Below, in pieces: positions 9,022-20,500 of a stretch of 64,000 nucleotides of DNA (its first letter is position 1; every line of letters begins with the position of its first letter). The notes under the pieces were generated by a model. That model saw only the letters and a list, made by a program, of their open reading frames with translations, ran no database searches and had not been told where the DNA came from. The stretch is taken from contig JAJCZR010000004.1 of the NCBI GenBank assembly GCA_029262295.1, positions 14,313 to 78,312 of the forward strand. Direction: 5' to 3'. The stretch is from Deltaproteobacteria bacterium. Lineage in GTDB: Bacteria; Desulfobacterota_D; UBA1144; Nemesobacterales; Nemesobacteraceae. Made by a program: the position numbers and the translations under genes.

Positions 9022-10473
9022 CTAGAACCTAACCCTTACATCAAACACATAACTTGCATCAGATATACTCGCAGTCTCACCGCTGATTGGGATAGAAACA
9101 GCAAATCCAGGAGAAACCCTGTTACCAAACCTGAACCCGGGGGTAATAAAAAGATCAGTTCCCTGCACACTGTTGGCAGTGGCAAGCGTAATCCCGTCAA
9201 ACTCCAGAAAAAAAGTTGGTTTGTATTGCACAGGAAGATTGTATCCAAGAGCCAACGAGTATTTGATCCTCCACTCGACAAAATCACCTTCAAACCTGTC
9301 TGCATTTAAAACAATGTCTGTCCCGAGGTTACCCTGAAAACTAAGATTTCCATTCCATCTGGCATAGGATACGTATGGAGATGTTGTAAAGGAGTTACGA
9401 AGATAGATAGGAAACTCCCTTGTATGCATCAGGAGAGTTTCTAGCCTGTCTATATTATCTTTAAATGCAGTGGGTATGACCATTTCAAAACCTGCTGTTA
9501 GAACAGAGTTCTTAGACTTTTTCACAACAAACTTGGAGCCAATTACAGCATTTGAAAACTCAAAACCATCACTCACTTCATCACCGTTAATAAATATTTC
9601 ATTCACCCCTGCCTGGGAGATTCTTAGATAAATGCTATACAAATTCGATTTTGAAGGAAACTCAGCTTTAATATGGTAAAAAATGAATTGTCCTCCAATA
9701 TCAGGATCAACATCTGCAACTTCTATAAAAGCGGAAACAAAACCCCTTGGGATTGCGGGTTCAAAGAATAATGGATAATCAAGGTTTAAAGATATATTTT
9801 TTGCAGGGGGCAAGTTTGTTTGAAAACTACTTGTGAATTGAAACGTACCTGAAACGGGATTAAAAACTGCCAATTTCCCGTCTTTTATAATATTTTTAAA
9901 TGGATTAACAATCCTTGATGCAACTTTTAATGGGAGGCTATCCTTCGACTCCAGCCAGTCTGAAACATTTTCAGCAACTATACCAACTGGGACACCAACA
10001 GCCGGGGTTACAACAAGATCAATTAATGAAGGCGTTTCAACAAGCCCCTCAACTGTATACTCAAAAAGTGTACTTAAAAGTAGTGAACCTGCAGCGGATT
10101 GCCAAAAATCGTAACCATTTTCCCTGTAGTAAAGATAGTAAAAAGAACCTATAGCAGGATGCACTATATAATTAGTAAAAATGGAGTCTCCATCATTCGC
10201 AACAGGCAATTGCGTTATATTATCAATCCAATCTGAGAAAGAAGTATCAAATATCCTGCTGTTTTTATTTCTGACATAGAAAAACCTTGTAAACCAGATT
10301 GAGCCATAAGCTACAGCTGTATCTTCAAGATAATCATTAAGATCAAGATCTTCACTCTTCACACCATTGGGAGAAGAACCTTTGTCAGGAATTCTTTCAT
10401 TTGCATAAACACTGCTATCAAATGAAAGAAACAATAACAGTGCAAAAAATAGAATAAAAAATTTATTGCGCAT
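9022..10473 (-). CDS. secreted outer-membrane-like protein (signal peptide, beta-rich, C-terminal aromatic residue), function unknown; not TolC-like
   Basis: 483 aa with an N-terminal signal peptide. Alternating hydrophobic beta-strand patterns and a ...RVRF C-terminus are typical of OM beta-barrels. It lacks the TolC coiled-coil composition. Confidence 0.45.
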   Translation of the reverse strand: MRNKFFILFFALLLFLSFDSSVYANERIPDKGSSPNGVKSEDLDLNDYLEDTAVAYGSIWFTRFFYVRNKNSRIFDTSFSDWIDNITQLPVANDGDSIFTNYIVHPAIGSFYYLYYRENGYDFWQSAAGSLLLSTLFEYTVEGLVETPSLIDLVVTPAVGVPVGIVAENVSDWLESKDSLPLKVASRIVNPFKNIIKDGKLAVFNPVSGTFQFTSSFQTNLPPAKNISLNLDYPLFFEPAIPRGFVSAFIEVADVDPDIGGQFIFYHIKAEFPSKSNLYSIYLRISQAGVNEIFINGDEVSDGFEFSNAVIGSKFVVKKSKNSVLTAGFEMVIPTAFKDNIDRLETLLMHTREFPIYLRNSFTTSPYVSYARWNGNLSFQGNLGTDIVLNADRFEGDFVEWRIKYSLALGYNLPVQYKPTFFLEFDGITLATANSVQGTDLFITPGFRFGNRVSPGFAVSIPISGETASISDASYVFDVRVRF

Positions 10474-10551
10474 TTAATTTTACTTAGGAGTTTTTATTTT
10501 AGTGCCTAAATACTAAAGGTGAATAAAATAATATCAAATACTTTTAGTTTT

Positions 10552-11715
10552 TTAACCCAATTTTTCTACAACATTAAGACCTTCAATAATCTTTTCCACC
10601 CTTTTTTCCCAGGTGTAATCAACTATCTGCCTTCGTGCATTTTTAGCTATAAACATAGATACATTTTTGTCTTTAATAATAGCTCTTATAGCCTTTTCCA
10701 GTTCTCTGGCACTATCTGGTTTAATAATTACTGCGGTCATCCCATCACGCAATATCTCCATCACTGGCGGGATTGATGTTGCAATTATTGGCCGCTCAGC
10801 TGCCATATATTCAAAAAGTTTAATGGGAGAAGTAAATTTCGCCGCATCCTTACCGCCTTTAATAGTCACTTTTTTGGAGTAAGGCATAACCAGGATATCT
10901 GATGCGAGCAGATATTGAGAAACTTTTTTTTGCTCCACATAGCCCGTAAATTTTATATTGTTCATACCTATTTGCCTCACAAATTGCTTATATATACTGT
11001 TGTCATCTTCTGTGCCGCCAACCACTAAAAACTCAATATCCCGCATATTATTTGCAACATCAATTAAATACTCAATTCCCCTTCCCTCATATGTATTCCC
11101 ACTATAAGTAACAATTATAGAGTTACGTGGAAGGATCAGCTTCTCTCGAAGTTCATTTTTATCAAGGCTTGTATCAAATTTATCCACTTCCACACCATTA
11201 TGTGCAACAACTGATTTCTCTGGTTCAATTCTACTACGTGCATATATCTTTTTTAGTCCGTTCGAGTTAAATGACATTCCAAGAAAATGTTTTGAGCCGG
11301 AGAAATCTCTTATCATATTTGCTGCCCTTTTGCTTATAGGCGGATGGTGTGCATCATAAATTGTGGGGATTCCAAAATAAATTGTGGAGATGTAGGCAAA
11401 CATAAGGTTTCTTGTAAGAACAAAATCATATTTTTTTCTATTTGACCGGGCATAGAAAGCACTTGCAATTCCATGCACAATCTGCCTTGCAAATTTATAT
11501 GTGAAACGTATTGTCTTTACATCAAAACTTGGCGTAACGTCATAGTAGGTAAACAAGCTTTCTTTTGGAAAATTACCAGGTAATACTAATTCAACTTGAA
11601 TGCCAAGGTTTGACATTGCCTGGCACATCTTCATCATGTGAATAGAACTGGCACCTTTTCCAAAAAGTGGAGGGCTACCAACATAAAGAACTTTTAAACC
11701 TTTATAGTTTTGCAT
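10552..11715 (-). CDS. glycosyltransferase family 4 (GT1 fold)
   Basis: 387 aa. The C-terminal half has the EX7E-like region and nucleotide-sugar binding motifs of GT4 enzymes. Confidence 0.8.
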   Translation of the reverse strand: MQNYKGLKVLYVGSPPLFGKGASSIHMMKMCQAMSNLGIQVELVLPGNFPKESLFTYYDVTPSFDVKTIRFTYKFARQIVHGIASAFYARSNRKKYDFVLTRNLMFAYISTIYFGIPTIYDAHHPPISKRAANMIRDFSGSKHFLGMSFNSNGLKKIYARSRIEPEKSVVAHNGVEVDKFDTSLDKNELREKLILPRNSIIVTYSGNTYEGRGIEYLIDVANNMRDIEFLVVGGTEDDNSIYKQFVRQIGMNNIKFTGYVEQKKVSQYLLASDILVMPYSKKVTIKGGKDAAKFTSPIKLFEYMAAERPIIATSIPPVMEILRDGMTAVIIKPDSARELEKAIRAIIKDKNVSMFIAKNARRQIVDYTWEKRVEKIIEGLNVVEKLG

Positions 11716-11780
11716 TGTTTTTTGGCTTAATTATATTGAATCTAATTGAAGGAATTAATTCTATACAAAAAACGACCAAC

Positions 11781-13040
11781 ATGAAAGTAAAATCGATAAG
11801 AGGTTTCAGGGATATACTGCCGGAAGAGATAAAAAGGTGGCACTTTATTGAAGAAAAGTGCCGAAAAATCTTTGAAAAATATGGTTTTAGCGAGATCAGA
11901 ATACCCATATTGGAGCAAACAGACATTTATACAAGCGGCCTTGGCGACACATCTGATATTGTGTCAAAAGAGATGTACACTTTCGAAGACCGAGATGGGA
12001 CATCCATAACTCTCAGACCTGAAGGCACAGCCGGAGTGGTAAGGTCATTTATTGAAAACTCCATGGGCAAAAAATCCCCAGTTAATAAGCTTTATTATTC
12101 CGGGATGATGTTTCGCCATGAGCGTCCACAAAAAGGACGTTACAGAGGATTTAACCAAATGGGAGCTGAGTGCTTCGGCTCTGAAAGTGCGTACTGTGAT
12201 GCCGATATTATCTCTATGCTCTGGAGTATATTTTCTGAACTTGAGCTTAATAATCATGTAAAACTCGAAATTAACTCAATTGGTACAAGCGAAGACAGGG
12301 CTAAATTCAGAGAGGAGCTGGTTAATTATTTTGAACCACAAAAAGATAACCTTTGTGATGACTGTAAGAGAAAACTTGATACCAATCCATTAAGAATTCT
12401 TGACTGCAAGGTCGAAACTTGTTTAACAACTATCGGTAAAGCTCCGTCAATACTTGATTTTTTATCAATTGATAGCAAAAATCACTTTGAAAAAATCAAG
12501 TTTTTATTAGAAAAGATTGATATACCTTTTACTGTGAATCCAAAGATTGTGCGTGGCCTTGACTACTATACAGACACCGTTTTTGAACTGACAACTGACA
12601 AGCTTGGATCTCAAAATGCAGTGGGTGCAGGTGGAAGATACGATGTGTTGGTTAAACAACTTGGTGGGCCTGATACTCCGGCAGTGGGTTTTGCCATCGG
12701 ACTTGAAAGATTAATTCTTTTACATGAACAGGTTTTTCCTGAAGAATACAGACAAAATGTGGATATTTATGTCGCCTCCCTCGGAGAAAAAGCCCTTAAC
12801 GAAGGAATTTATATTTCAAACATTTTAAGGAAACAAGGCCTCAATGTTGAGTATGGATTTGATAAAAAGAGCTTTAAAAGCCAGCTTAAAAGGGCAAATA
12901 AGATAAATGCCAAATATACTATTATTATTGGTGAAGATGAACTTGACAGAAATGTATTTAAGCTAAGGAATATGAAGCTCAGTGAAGAGAAAGAGTATTC
13001 ACTTGATGAGATTGAGAATTTTATAAATCTTATAAGCTAA
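11781..13040 (+). CDS. hisS: histidine--tRNA ligase
   Basis: Class II aaRS motifs (MYTFEDRDG..LRPEGTAG; FRHERPQKGRYR). ATG at 11781 (MKVKSIRGFRDILP) matches the HisRS N-terminus. The ORF-track start at 11667 is a GTG overlapping the divergent GT gene and was not used. Confidence 0.9.
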   Translation: MKVKSIRGFRDILPEEIKRWHFIEEKCRKIFEKYGFSEIRIPILEQTDIYTSGLGDTSDIVSKEMYTFEDRDGTSITLRPEGTAGVVRSFIENSMGKKSPVNKLYYSGMMFRHERPQKGRYRGFNQMGAECFGSESAYCDADIISMLWSIFSELELNNHVKLEINSIGTSEDRAKFREELVNYFEPQKDNLCDDCKRKLDTNPLRILDCKVETCLTTIGKAPSILDFLSIDSKNHFEKIKFLLEKIDIPFTVNPKIVRGLDYYTDTVFELTTDKLGSQNAVGAGGRYDVLVKQLGGPDTPAVGFAIGLERLILLHEQVFPEEYRQNVDIYVASLGEKALNEGIYISNILRKQGLNVEYGFDKKSFKSQLKRANKINAKYTIIIGEDELDRNVFKLRNMKLSEEKEYSLDEIENFINLIS

Positions 13041-13043
13041 ATT

Positions 13044-13856
13044 ATGAGAACGATCTTCAACTTTGCTATAATATATTTACTTTTAACTATCCAATCACAT
13101 AGCTTTACTATCACTCCTACTGATATACTAAAAAACAACACTGCGAAGAACCATTTAACTCACACAGTAAAAAAAGGTGAAGCTTTATCTACAATTGCAG
13201 AAAAATATTATTATAGCACTTACTCATCAGTAGAAATGATTAAAACGGTTAATGGGGTCTCAGATAAAAACAAAATATTTATAGATCAGAAACTTATTAT
13301 TCCAACAAGTAACCACTTTTTGGAGAAAAATGGCTTTAAAGATGTTCTAAACAACACAAGATTAATAGCCAAAAGACACAAAAGGACTAAAGATTTGTTT
13401 TTAGGGATTTATTTTTGTACTGAAGAACATCCTGAATATAAAGAGTCATGCCTAAATATTACAAAGTTTATTGTTATACAGTTCACAGAAAGCGGAAAAC
13501 AAAAAAACATTTTTGACTTTTCATATCTAAATGAAAAATATTGGCCTTATGCATCATGGCAATTTGTTGATCTTGATGGAGATGGTGGAGTTGGCGTTTT
13601 GGGTGAATGGATGCAGGGAAGTGATAATTATACAATGCACATTGCAATGCATTTTAATGGAGAAAAATACTTAGAATGTGAAGTTGCTGGAGAAATTGCT
13701 TTGGGAAGATTTGATTTAGAAAGGGATAAAACAGGTGCCACTCTTTTTGAATATCAACACAGAAGTTATACAGATGACCTCTATTTACACCAAGAATCAA
13801 CTGTAGTTAAGTGGAGTGAGATAAAAAACAAATGTAAAACTGGAAATATAAAATAG
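13044..13856 (+). CDS. secreted LysM-domain protein
   Basis: Signal peptide followed by a LysM motif (HTVKKGEALSTIAEKYY...IFIDQKLIIP). Confidence 0.55.
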   Translation: MRTIFNFAIIYLLLTIQSHSFTITPTDILKNNTAKNHLTHTVKKGEALSTIAEKYYYSTYSSVEMIKTVNGVSDKNKIFIDQKLIIPTSNHFLEKNGFKDVLNNTRLIAKRHKRTKDLFLGIYFCTEEHPEYKESCLNITKFIVIQFTESGKQKNIFDFSYLNEKYWPYASWQFVDLDGDGGVGVLGEWMQGSDNYTMHIAMHFNGEKYLECEVAGEIALGRFDLERDKTGATLFEYQHRSYTDDLYLHQESTVVKWSEIKNKCKTGNIK

Positions 13857-13859
13857 TTT

Positions 13860-14420
13860 TTAGTTATCTTTTTTCTTCTTCTTTTTCTTGTCAATATCGA
13901 ATTTTATTTCATTTACAGCCAAATACTCTTCAATAAAAATATCTGCAAGTTCAGATGAATTTTTGTAAATACAGCTTGGGATATTTTTTTTGGGGCACGA
14001 CATAAGTTTTCCGGTCGACCAGGTTGCAGCTGTTGAGAGTTTACTTTGGCCCAGGATATTGGCCATTAATGTCACAGGCCTGTAAAATTCAAAGTTAAGA
14101 TAAAATGTATAACTTTCCCTGTCAGCATTTTCTGAGGAGATTATTCTGATCTTAATAAAACCTCCGCCTGCACGGTTCATCCACTGAGATCTTTTATAGA
14201 CATCAACTTCAGAGACATCAATTTTTTCATGAAGTGTTTCCTGGAGTTGCTCGAGATATATTTGCCTGTCGCTTAAGTGGTTAGAGTGATTTTCAACAAA
14301 AACCGCCACCCCTGATATACCTCTAAGCGAATGGTTTCCATAACCAAAAGAGTCAGACAAAGTGAAATATGACAAAAAGAAAATAGAAACAAAGAAAGAA
14401 ATTAAAAAGTTTTTCAACAT
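13860..14420 (-). CDS. secreted hypothetical protein with C-terminal poly-lysine tail
   Basis: 186 aa with signal peptide. Ends ...DKKKKKKKDN. Lies 94 bp downstream of the giant TPR gene. Confidence 0.45.
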   Translation of the reverse strand: MLKNFLISFFVSIFFLSYFTLSDSFGYGNHSLRGISGVAVFVENHSNHLSDRQIYLEQLQETLHEKIDVSEVDVYKRSQWMNRAGGGFIKIRIISSENADRESYTFYLNFEFYRPVTLMANILGQSKLSTAATWSTGKLMSCPKKNIPSCIYKNSSELADIFIEEYLAVNEIKFDIDKKKKKKKDN

Positions 14421-14440
14421 CCGGATAATTATAACACTAG

Positions 14441-14514
14441 ATGAAAACGCTCAACAATAAGTATTGTTTTTACTAGCTACTAACCACTAGCCCCTAACTA
14501 CTAAAATCCAACCC
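14441..14514 (+). repeat. G-depleted CTAA-rich tract immediately 3' of the giant TPR gene
   Basis: tactagctactaaccactagcccctaactactaaaatccaacccctaatcc. Same composition as the tracts at 6961-7012 and 26571-26720. Confidence 0.4.
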
Positions 14515-17500
14515 CTAATCCACATTATTCTGAAGATAAACGATATTCTCTTCAATCATATTATAGATATCGGGAAACTGGTTTTGGCTAAATACTTTTT
14601 GAGCTTCCCTGTAAGACTTAATTGAGTTTGAGTAGTTTTGTTTTTTATCCTCACTTTCAGCAAGAGTTGAGTATGCACCTGCAAGATTATTCCTCGTAGT
14701 GGCATACTGTATTGGAAACTTCTCAAAGCTGTAAACAATCAATGCAGATTCGTAAGAGGAGATTGCATTTTTACAATTATTACTTTTAGACTCAACCTCG
14801 CTTAATGTCCTGTAAGCAACACCAAGATTATTTTGAGTGGCAGCAAACTGAATTGGCATATTTTCAATAGTCCTTACTTTCAGAGCACGTTTATAGCTTG
14901 ATATGGCTTTTTTACAGTTATCAATTTTGTTTTCTTCTTCAGCAAGGGTCCTGTAGGCAGTGCCAAGATTGTTCTGGGTATTACTGTATTGAATAGGAAA
15001 ATCCTTGAGCGAGTAAGCCTTAAGCGACTTCTCATAGAAACTTATAGCTTTAGTTGAGTTCACAGCTTTATTGTTAACCTCTGCAAGGTTTCTGTGTACA
15101 ATACCAAGATTATTATTAGCGGCAGCAAACTCCATAGGATTGTCATTAATATCATATACTTTCAGCACTTTAGAATACGAATCGATTGCCTTTTCACAGT
15201 TTTCTACTTTGTCTTCAAGATCAGACAATGCACTGTAAATTGACCCTATGTTGTTATATATGCTTGCATAAACAAAAGGTGTTTTGCTAAAACTATAATA
15301 TTCAAGCGCACTTTCATAGGCTTTTATTCCCTTCTTGCAAAACTCGGGATCATTATTTGTCTCAATTAGCTTTAAGTAATTATTTCCAAGATTTCTGTTA
15401 ATAAGACCATAATCGTTGGTATTATCATCAATAGAAAAGTAGTTAAGTGAATCTTCATAACAGACAACTGATTTCTCAAGATAGCCGCTGTCATTATTTC
15501 TCTCGCCATAAGTACCGTATGCAATTCCAAGATATTTATTTACTAATGCATATTCACCTGGGGACTTTTCCTTATCAAAACTTTCCAAAGCATGCTCGTA
15601 GGATTTAATTGAGTTCATAAATGCTTTATTATCAAACTCTATTTCAGAGATAACTCCATAAGCAATTCCAAGGTTCATATTAATTATTGCATAATCCTGG
15701 GGATTACTTTGTTTTGTAATGATTTTAAGGGCTTTATCATAAAAAGGGATGGAATCTTTATAGTACTTGAGTTGCCCTTCCCTTTCTGCAAGTGAAGTAT
15801 TTACAATCCCAATATTTTTATTTATTGCAGCATGATCTTCGGGAAAATCTTTTGAATTAAAATAGTTAAGTGCATTCTCTGCAATTGTTAACATATTTTT
15901 ATATTCCCTTAAATCAATTTCTCTTACATTTTCAGGATAAATTCCAATAAGATCCCGGCTTATTTCAGCATAAAAAGAAGGTTGTTCTTTTTCATCAATT
16001 TCATTAATTGCGTTTTTATAATTTTTAATAGCTTCAGAGTAACCTAAAAGATTGACACCATTTTCTGCATCTGCCACATAAGACTCAGAAAGTTTTCTGG
16101 ATACTTCTATAAATTCCGAAGGAGAATCTTTTTTATTTATATTTTCAAGCCTGGCTTTATACTCCTTAGTCATTGAGGGAGCTTTTTGCTCATCTTCACT
16201 TGCAACTACTTCGGGGGCTTCCTGTTCGGGGGCAAACTCTTCTTTTTGTTCTTCTTCTACTTTTGCTTCCAGGCTTTCTTCAGTTATTTCATCTTCACTA
16301 AGTGTATTATCAGCTAAAATCTCAGATGGTTCCCCTTCAATTTGTCTATCTTCACTCATTTTTAATGAAGAACTTTCTTCTATCATTTCATCAACAAGTT
16401 CAAGCACATCATCACTCTCAGAATCTTCTTTTGCTTCCAGTAGTTCAGAAGGGTTAGTGCTGTGAGTTGCAGCCTCTACTTCAATTTCTTTTTCCTCATC
16501 AACTTTTTCTTCCTCAGCAGATGCCAGTAAAACTTCTGTTTCAACTGGTTCTTCATCTACAGGCTCAACCGTATCAAAAGAAGCAAGTATTTCTTTTACT
16601 TCATCAATTTTCGGTTTGATTTCAGTAATCTTCTCACCGTTTTTTTCATTTTCATAAAAATCCATTGCACTATTATATAAGGCTAGTGCATAGTCGAGCT
16701 TTACCCTTTCCTCATTAATTGCAAAAAGGCTATGGTTAATAAAAGCAAAATTGAGGTTTATTTCAGCCGTATCCTCTTTAGTACCAAGTTTTTCAACTGA
16801 TTGTAAGACTTCATTCAATATTTTTTCAGCACTATAAATATCTTCTGCATTACTATCCGAATCGTAAAGTTCGACAAGGCTAAAACCTTTTAATTTTTGA
16901 AGCTGAAAATTTCTTTCTGGATAATCTTGCTCCGGATATTTTGCGAGAAGGACATCAACTGTAGATATCTTTTCCCTTACATTCTCTTTTGACTTTAAGA
17001 ATTCAAAATTAAGATTAAATATTTCATTCATTCTTTCATTTATATGAGAATAAATAGATGAATTTTCTTTCTCAGTGAAATAACTTTCGGCAATTCTATA
17101 GTGATTCTCACTATCAATTAATAAGGATTCGTCTTTTTTATCTTCAAATAAACTAAAACATATGTCTGCAAGATTAAGATTGATTTCAAAATACTTCTCT
17201 TGTGATTTTTCTTCACTGAAACCCTGCAAAACTTCTTTATATTTTTCAATTGCAAGAGTGAGTTCACCATTTTCTCTATATGATTTAGCCTCAAGTAAAC
17301 CAGCTTCATCTATAATTTCTTTTACTTCACTTAACCTTGGATCAGCAGCATCAATATTTGAATTATTTACAAATTTGTCAAAATATTCAAGGGCTTTCGA
17401 AGCATATTCAGTGTTATCTGATTCTACCGAAATTCGGTTATAAAGCCGTGCAATAAAGTATTGTAACTCTCCTGCATTTTTTGGATCTTCATTTTCAGCA

Positions 17501-20500
17501 AAACCCGCACTTTGTTTTAATGAAGACATAAACTCATCAAAATCATTTTTATCAAGAGCTTCAGTTGGTTCATCCAAATAACTTTTAGCAAGAATAAGAT
17601 TGTATTTTGCAATCTCACCACTATTCCCAGCATTTGAAGCTATTTCTTTAAGCTTGGTTATATAACCTTCTCTTTCTTTAAAACTAAAGGGGCCGTTTTC
17701 AAGAAGTGATTCATAGATAGATTTTATATTTAGTTCAGCATTCTCAAACTGAGTAGGAGAATCTTCTTTTTTATAAACAAGTAAAGATGCATTTGAATAA
17801 TTAATAGTATTATCTGCATCAGCCTTGTTTGCTGATTCCTGAAATTTTTCTTTGAAATGGTTTGCGAGTTTAAGATTTATCTCAGCATATTTCGCAGGTT
17901 CTTTCTCAAGTGTAAAATGTGTTAGTAAGTCAATATATTTATCTTCAGAAAGCTTTCCGCTCTTGGTAAAATCTGCTTCTGCACTTTCATGCATTAGCCT
18001 TGCTATTTTATCATTTACTTCATTTAAAAGCTTCTGATCACCTGATGGGATATAACTTAGTGAATTTTTGTAAAACTCGAGTGCTTTGCCAGGTTTTGAG
18101 TTATCGTTATTTATTGAGTAAAGCTTTTCAAAAAGCTCACCGAGCTTGATTGCCACATCTGCTTTTTTCTCATTTTCACTGATGCTGCTGAAAGAAATAC
18201 GATAACATTCAACAGCTTTTGTATACGTATCGTAGTCATTATTAGCATCAGCGAGTGTTGAAAAAAGCCCCGCATTTTTTAATTTTTGTTCATAAAACAA
18301 TTGATCTCTTTTCTCTTCATCTATGAGTTGGGTTGCTTTTTCATAAAAGAAAAGTGCAGTTTCAAGTTCCTCTTTGTTTTCATAAATATTTCCATAAAGA
18401 CGATAATTATCGAACAATTTAGAGCTAATAACTGCAACTTCTTCATCCTCTTTGTTGAACATGTAGAGTTCCCTTGCTTTTTCATAATGCTCAATAGCAT
18501 CTGACAGGGGTTCCTTTTCTTCTGACAACCCATATATTTCATTACTTATATTTCCCATCATAGTCTGGATTGCAGCGAGCTCAGTGAAATCATTTACCTC
18601 GTCAAGATAACTCATATAATTTTTAAAATTGATTATTGAAGTTTTATAAAGATCAATATCATTTTTCGTTTCACCAAGGGAAAAATAAGTCTTCGCAATA
18701 TCTTTATAAGCAGAAGGAAGTGCTTCGTATCTTTCATTTTCTTTATAAAGGGAAATAAGGCTGCCTAGATACTCAACTTTCTTTTCATTATCATAATGTC
18801 CATCTTCCTCAACTAACTTTTCATAAACTTTCTCAAGATAAGAGTTGATATCACCCACTTCATCAGAAGAGCTAGAATCGCTATTTAAAAAGATATTCTT
18901 TGCTTCATTAAAACAGGTAATAGAATTATGCAAATCTTCTATTTGGTTCTCAGAATCACTGTTTTCGAAATAGCAGCGGCCCATTAGTTTTTGGATAGAA
19001 GCATATTTATCAGGATAATTTTCAGCATCATAATATTGAAGGCTTTGCTGAGATAACAAGATTGCCTGTTTTGAATTACCACTATTAAATTCATTCTCAC
19101 TATTAATAAACAAAAGCCCCGCTTTTTCTGCACTATAATCTTTGGCTTCATCTAAAAGATTATTATCGTTGCAAAAATGTATTAAATCATCAACAGTTGA
19201 TATTGAATTATTGAGGTAATTAGTGTCTGCTTCATTTTCGAACAGGAGCTTTGAGCTTTGGTAAATATTTTTTTGTATTGAAAAATATTTGTCTGAAAAA
19301 TTTTCTTTACTAAAGTATTCCAAAGACATGCAATAATTCTCAATAGACCTTGTTAGACTATCTTTGTTATATTCTTTTTGGGCTAGTTTTTGGTATGAAT
19401 CCCCAAGGGTAATAAAAGAAGTAGCTGAATACTCTGTGTTTGGTTCTGAATCTATAAAATCAATATCTTTTTCAATAAGATCAATCACTTTACCAAAATC
19501 TTCATTTTCATAAAAACTATCAACAAGCGTTTGCTTATTAGCAAGATAGATCTTAGAAATATCACTATACTGCTGCGATCCTGATTCAATAGAATTAAGC
19601 GCTTGTTTAAAATAATGATTGGAATCAAAAAGCTTTGATTCTTCACCAGTTATTGAATAAAGTGTTGCATAAGTTTCAGCAATATCACTATTAAGAGCTA
19701 CATATCTATTTTGATCTTTTTCCTTATTAAAAAAGCTTAAACCCTCTTCGATTTTGGATATTTTATTATTAAGCAGGTCAGCATCTTTCGAGGTTACTCC
19801 CAGTTTTCCATCAATATCAGCACTGGATAAAAGGGTGCTATAATATTTTTCAGGCTCACCTTGCCTATCAATTGATTTAAGTGCATTTTTAAAAGCAGTG
19901 TTAGCTTTGTTTAAAAATTCGTTATTTTCATTTACTTCATAGGATTTAAGGTAAAGTTCCCCAAGATTAATCTCGATACCTGAGGTATTCATTCCCGTAT
20001 CTTTAGACTCGAATATACCTAGAAGTTTATTGTAATATTCAACACCATCCTGAGTATTATCAAAACTCTTATTTTCTGCCAACAATAGCTCATGTGCAGC
20101 TTTAAGTTTGCTCCTTATCTCACTATTCTCATTAGGATAATCTTTTTCGTTAAAAAACCCTGAAATGTTTTCATAATTTTCAATTGAGTCAAACATTAAG
20201 CCCAAATCATTTTTAGTGCTACCCAACTCAAACTTGGCTGTGGCTAATTGAAGATTTATATGGGCATTTTTATTTGGAAACTCTTCACTATCAAAAATAT
20301 TAAGTGAACTTTCTAAATGAGCTGCCGACTTATTTAAATGGTTGTCATCTTTTTCTTGCTGATAAAGAGATAAGCTCATAGAACCAATCTCATAATCAAC
20401 AACACCATTTTCATAAATATGTTTTTCACCTTTAAACCCAAGCTGACTTTCCTCTAAACAAGAAAGGCATTCCTTGTATGGTACCATTTCATTGTTTATC

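Noticed and set aside
9022-10473. Calling the 483-aa secreted protein the TolC-like outer-membrane factor of the adjacent efflux pump
   Set aside because: Sequence composition is beta-rich and aromatic, without the long Ala/Leu/Gln coiled-coil repeats of TolC. It is separated from the pump by two plus-strand genes.
11667-11780. Extended hisS N-terminus from a GTG at 11667
   Set aside because: It would add a hydrophobic 38-aa extension unlike any HisRS and would overlap the divergent glycosyltransferase gene. The ATG at 11781 aligns with the conserved HisRS N-terminus.
14515-15900. Strong ~126-nt periodicity in the DNA that could be mistaken for a CRISPR or tandem-repeat array
   Set aside because: The repeats are in-frame coding TPR units of the 3237-aa ORF. 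The units are divergent at DNA level, with no constant repeat and variable spacer structure.
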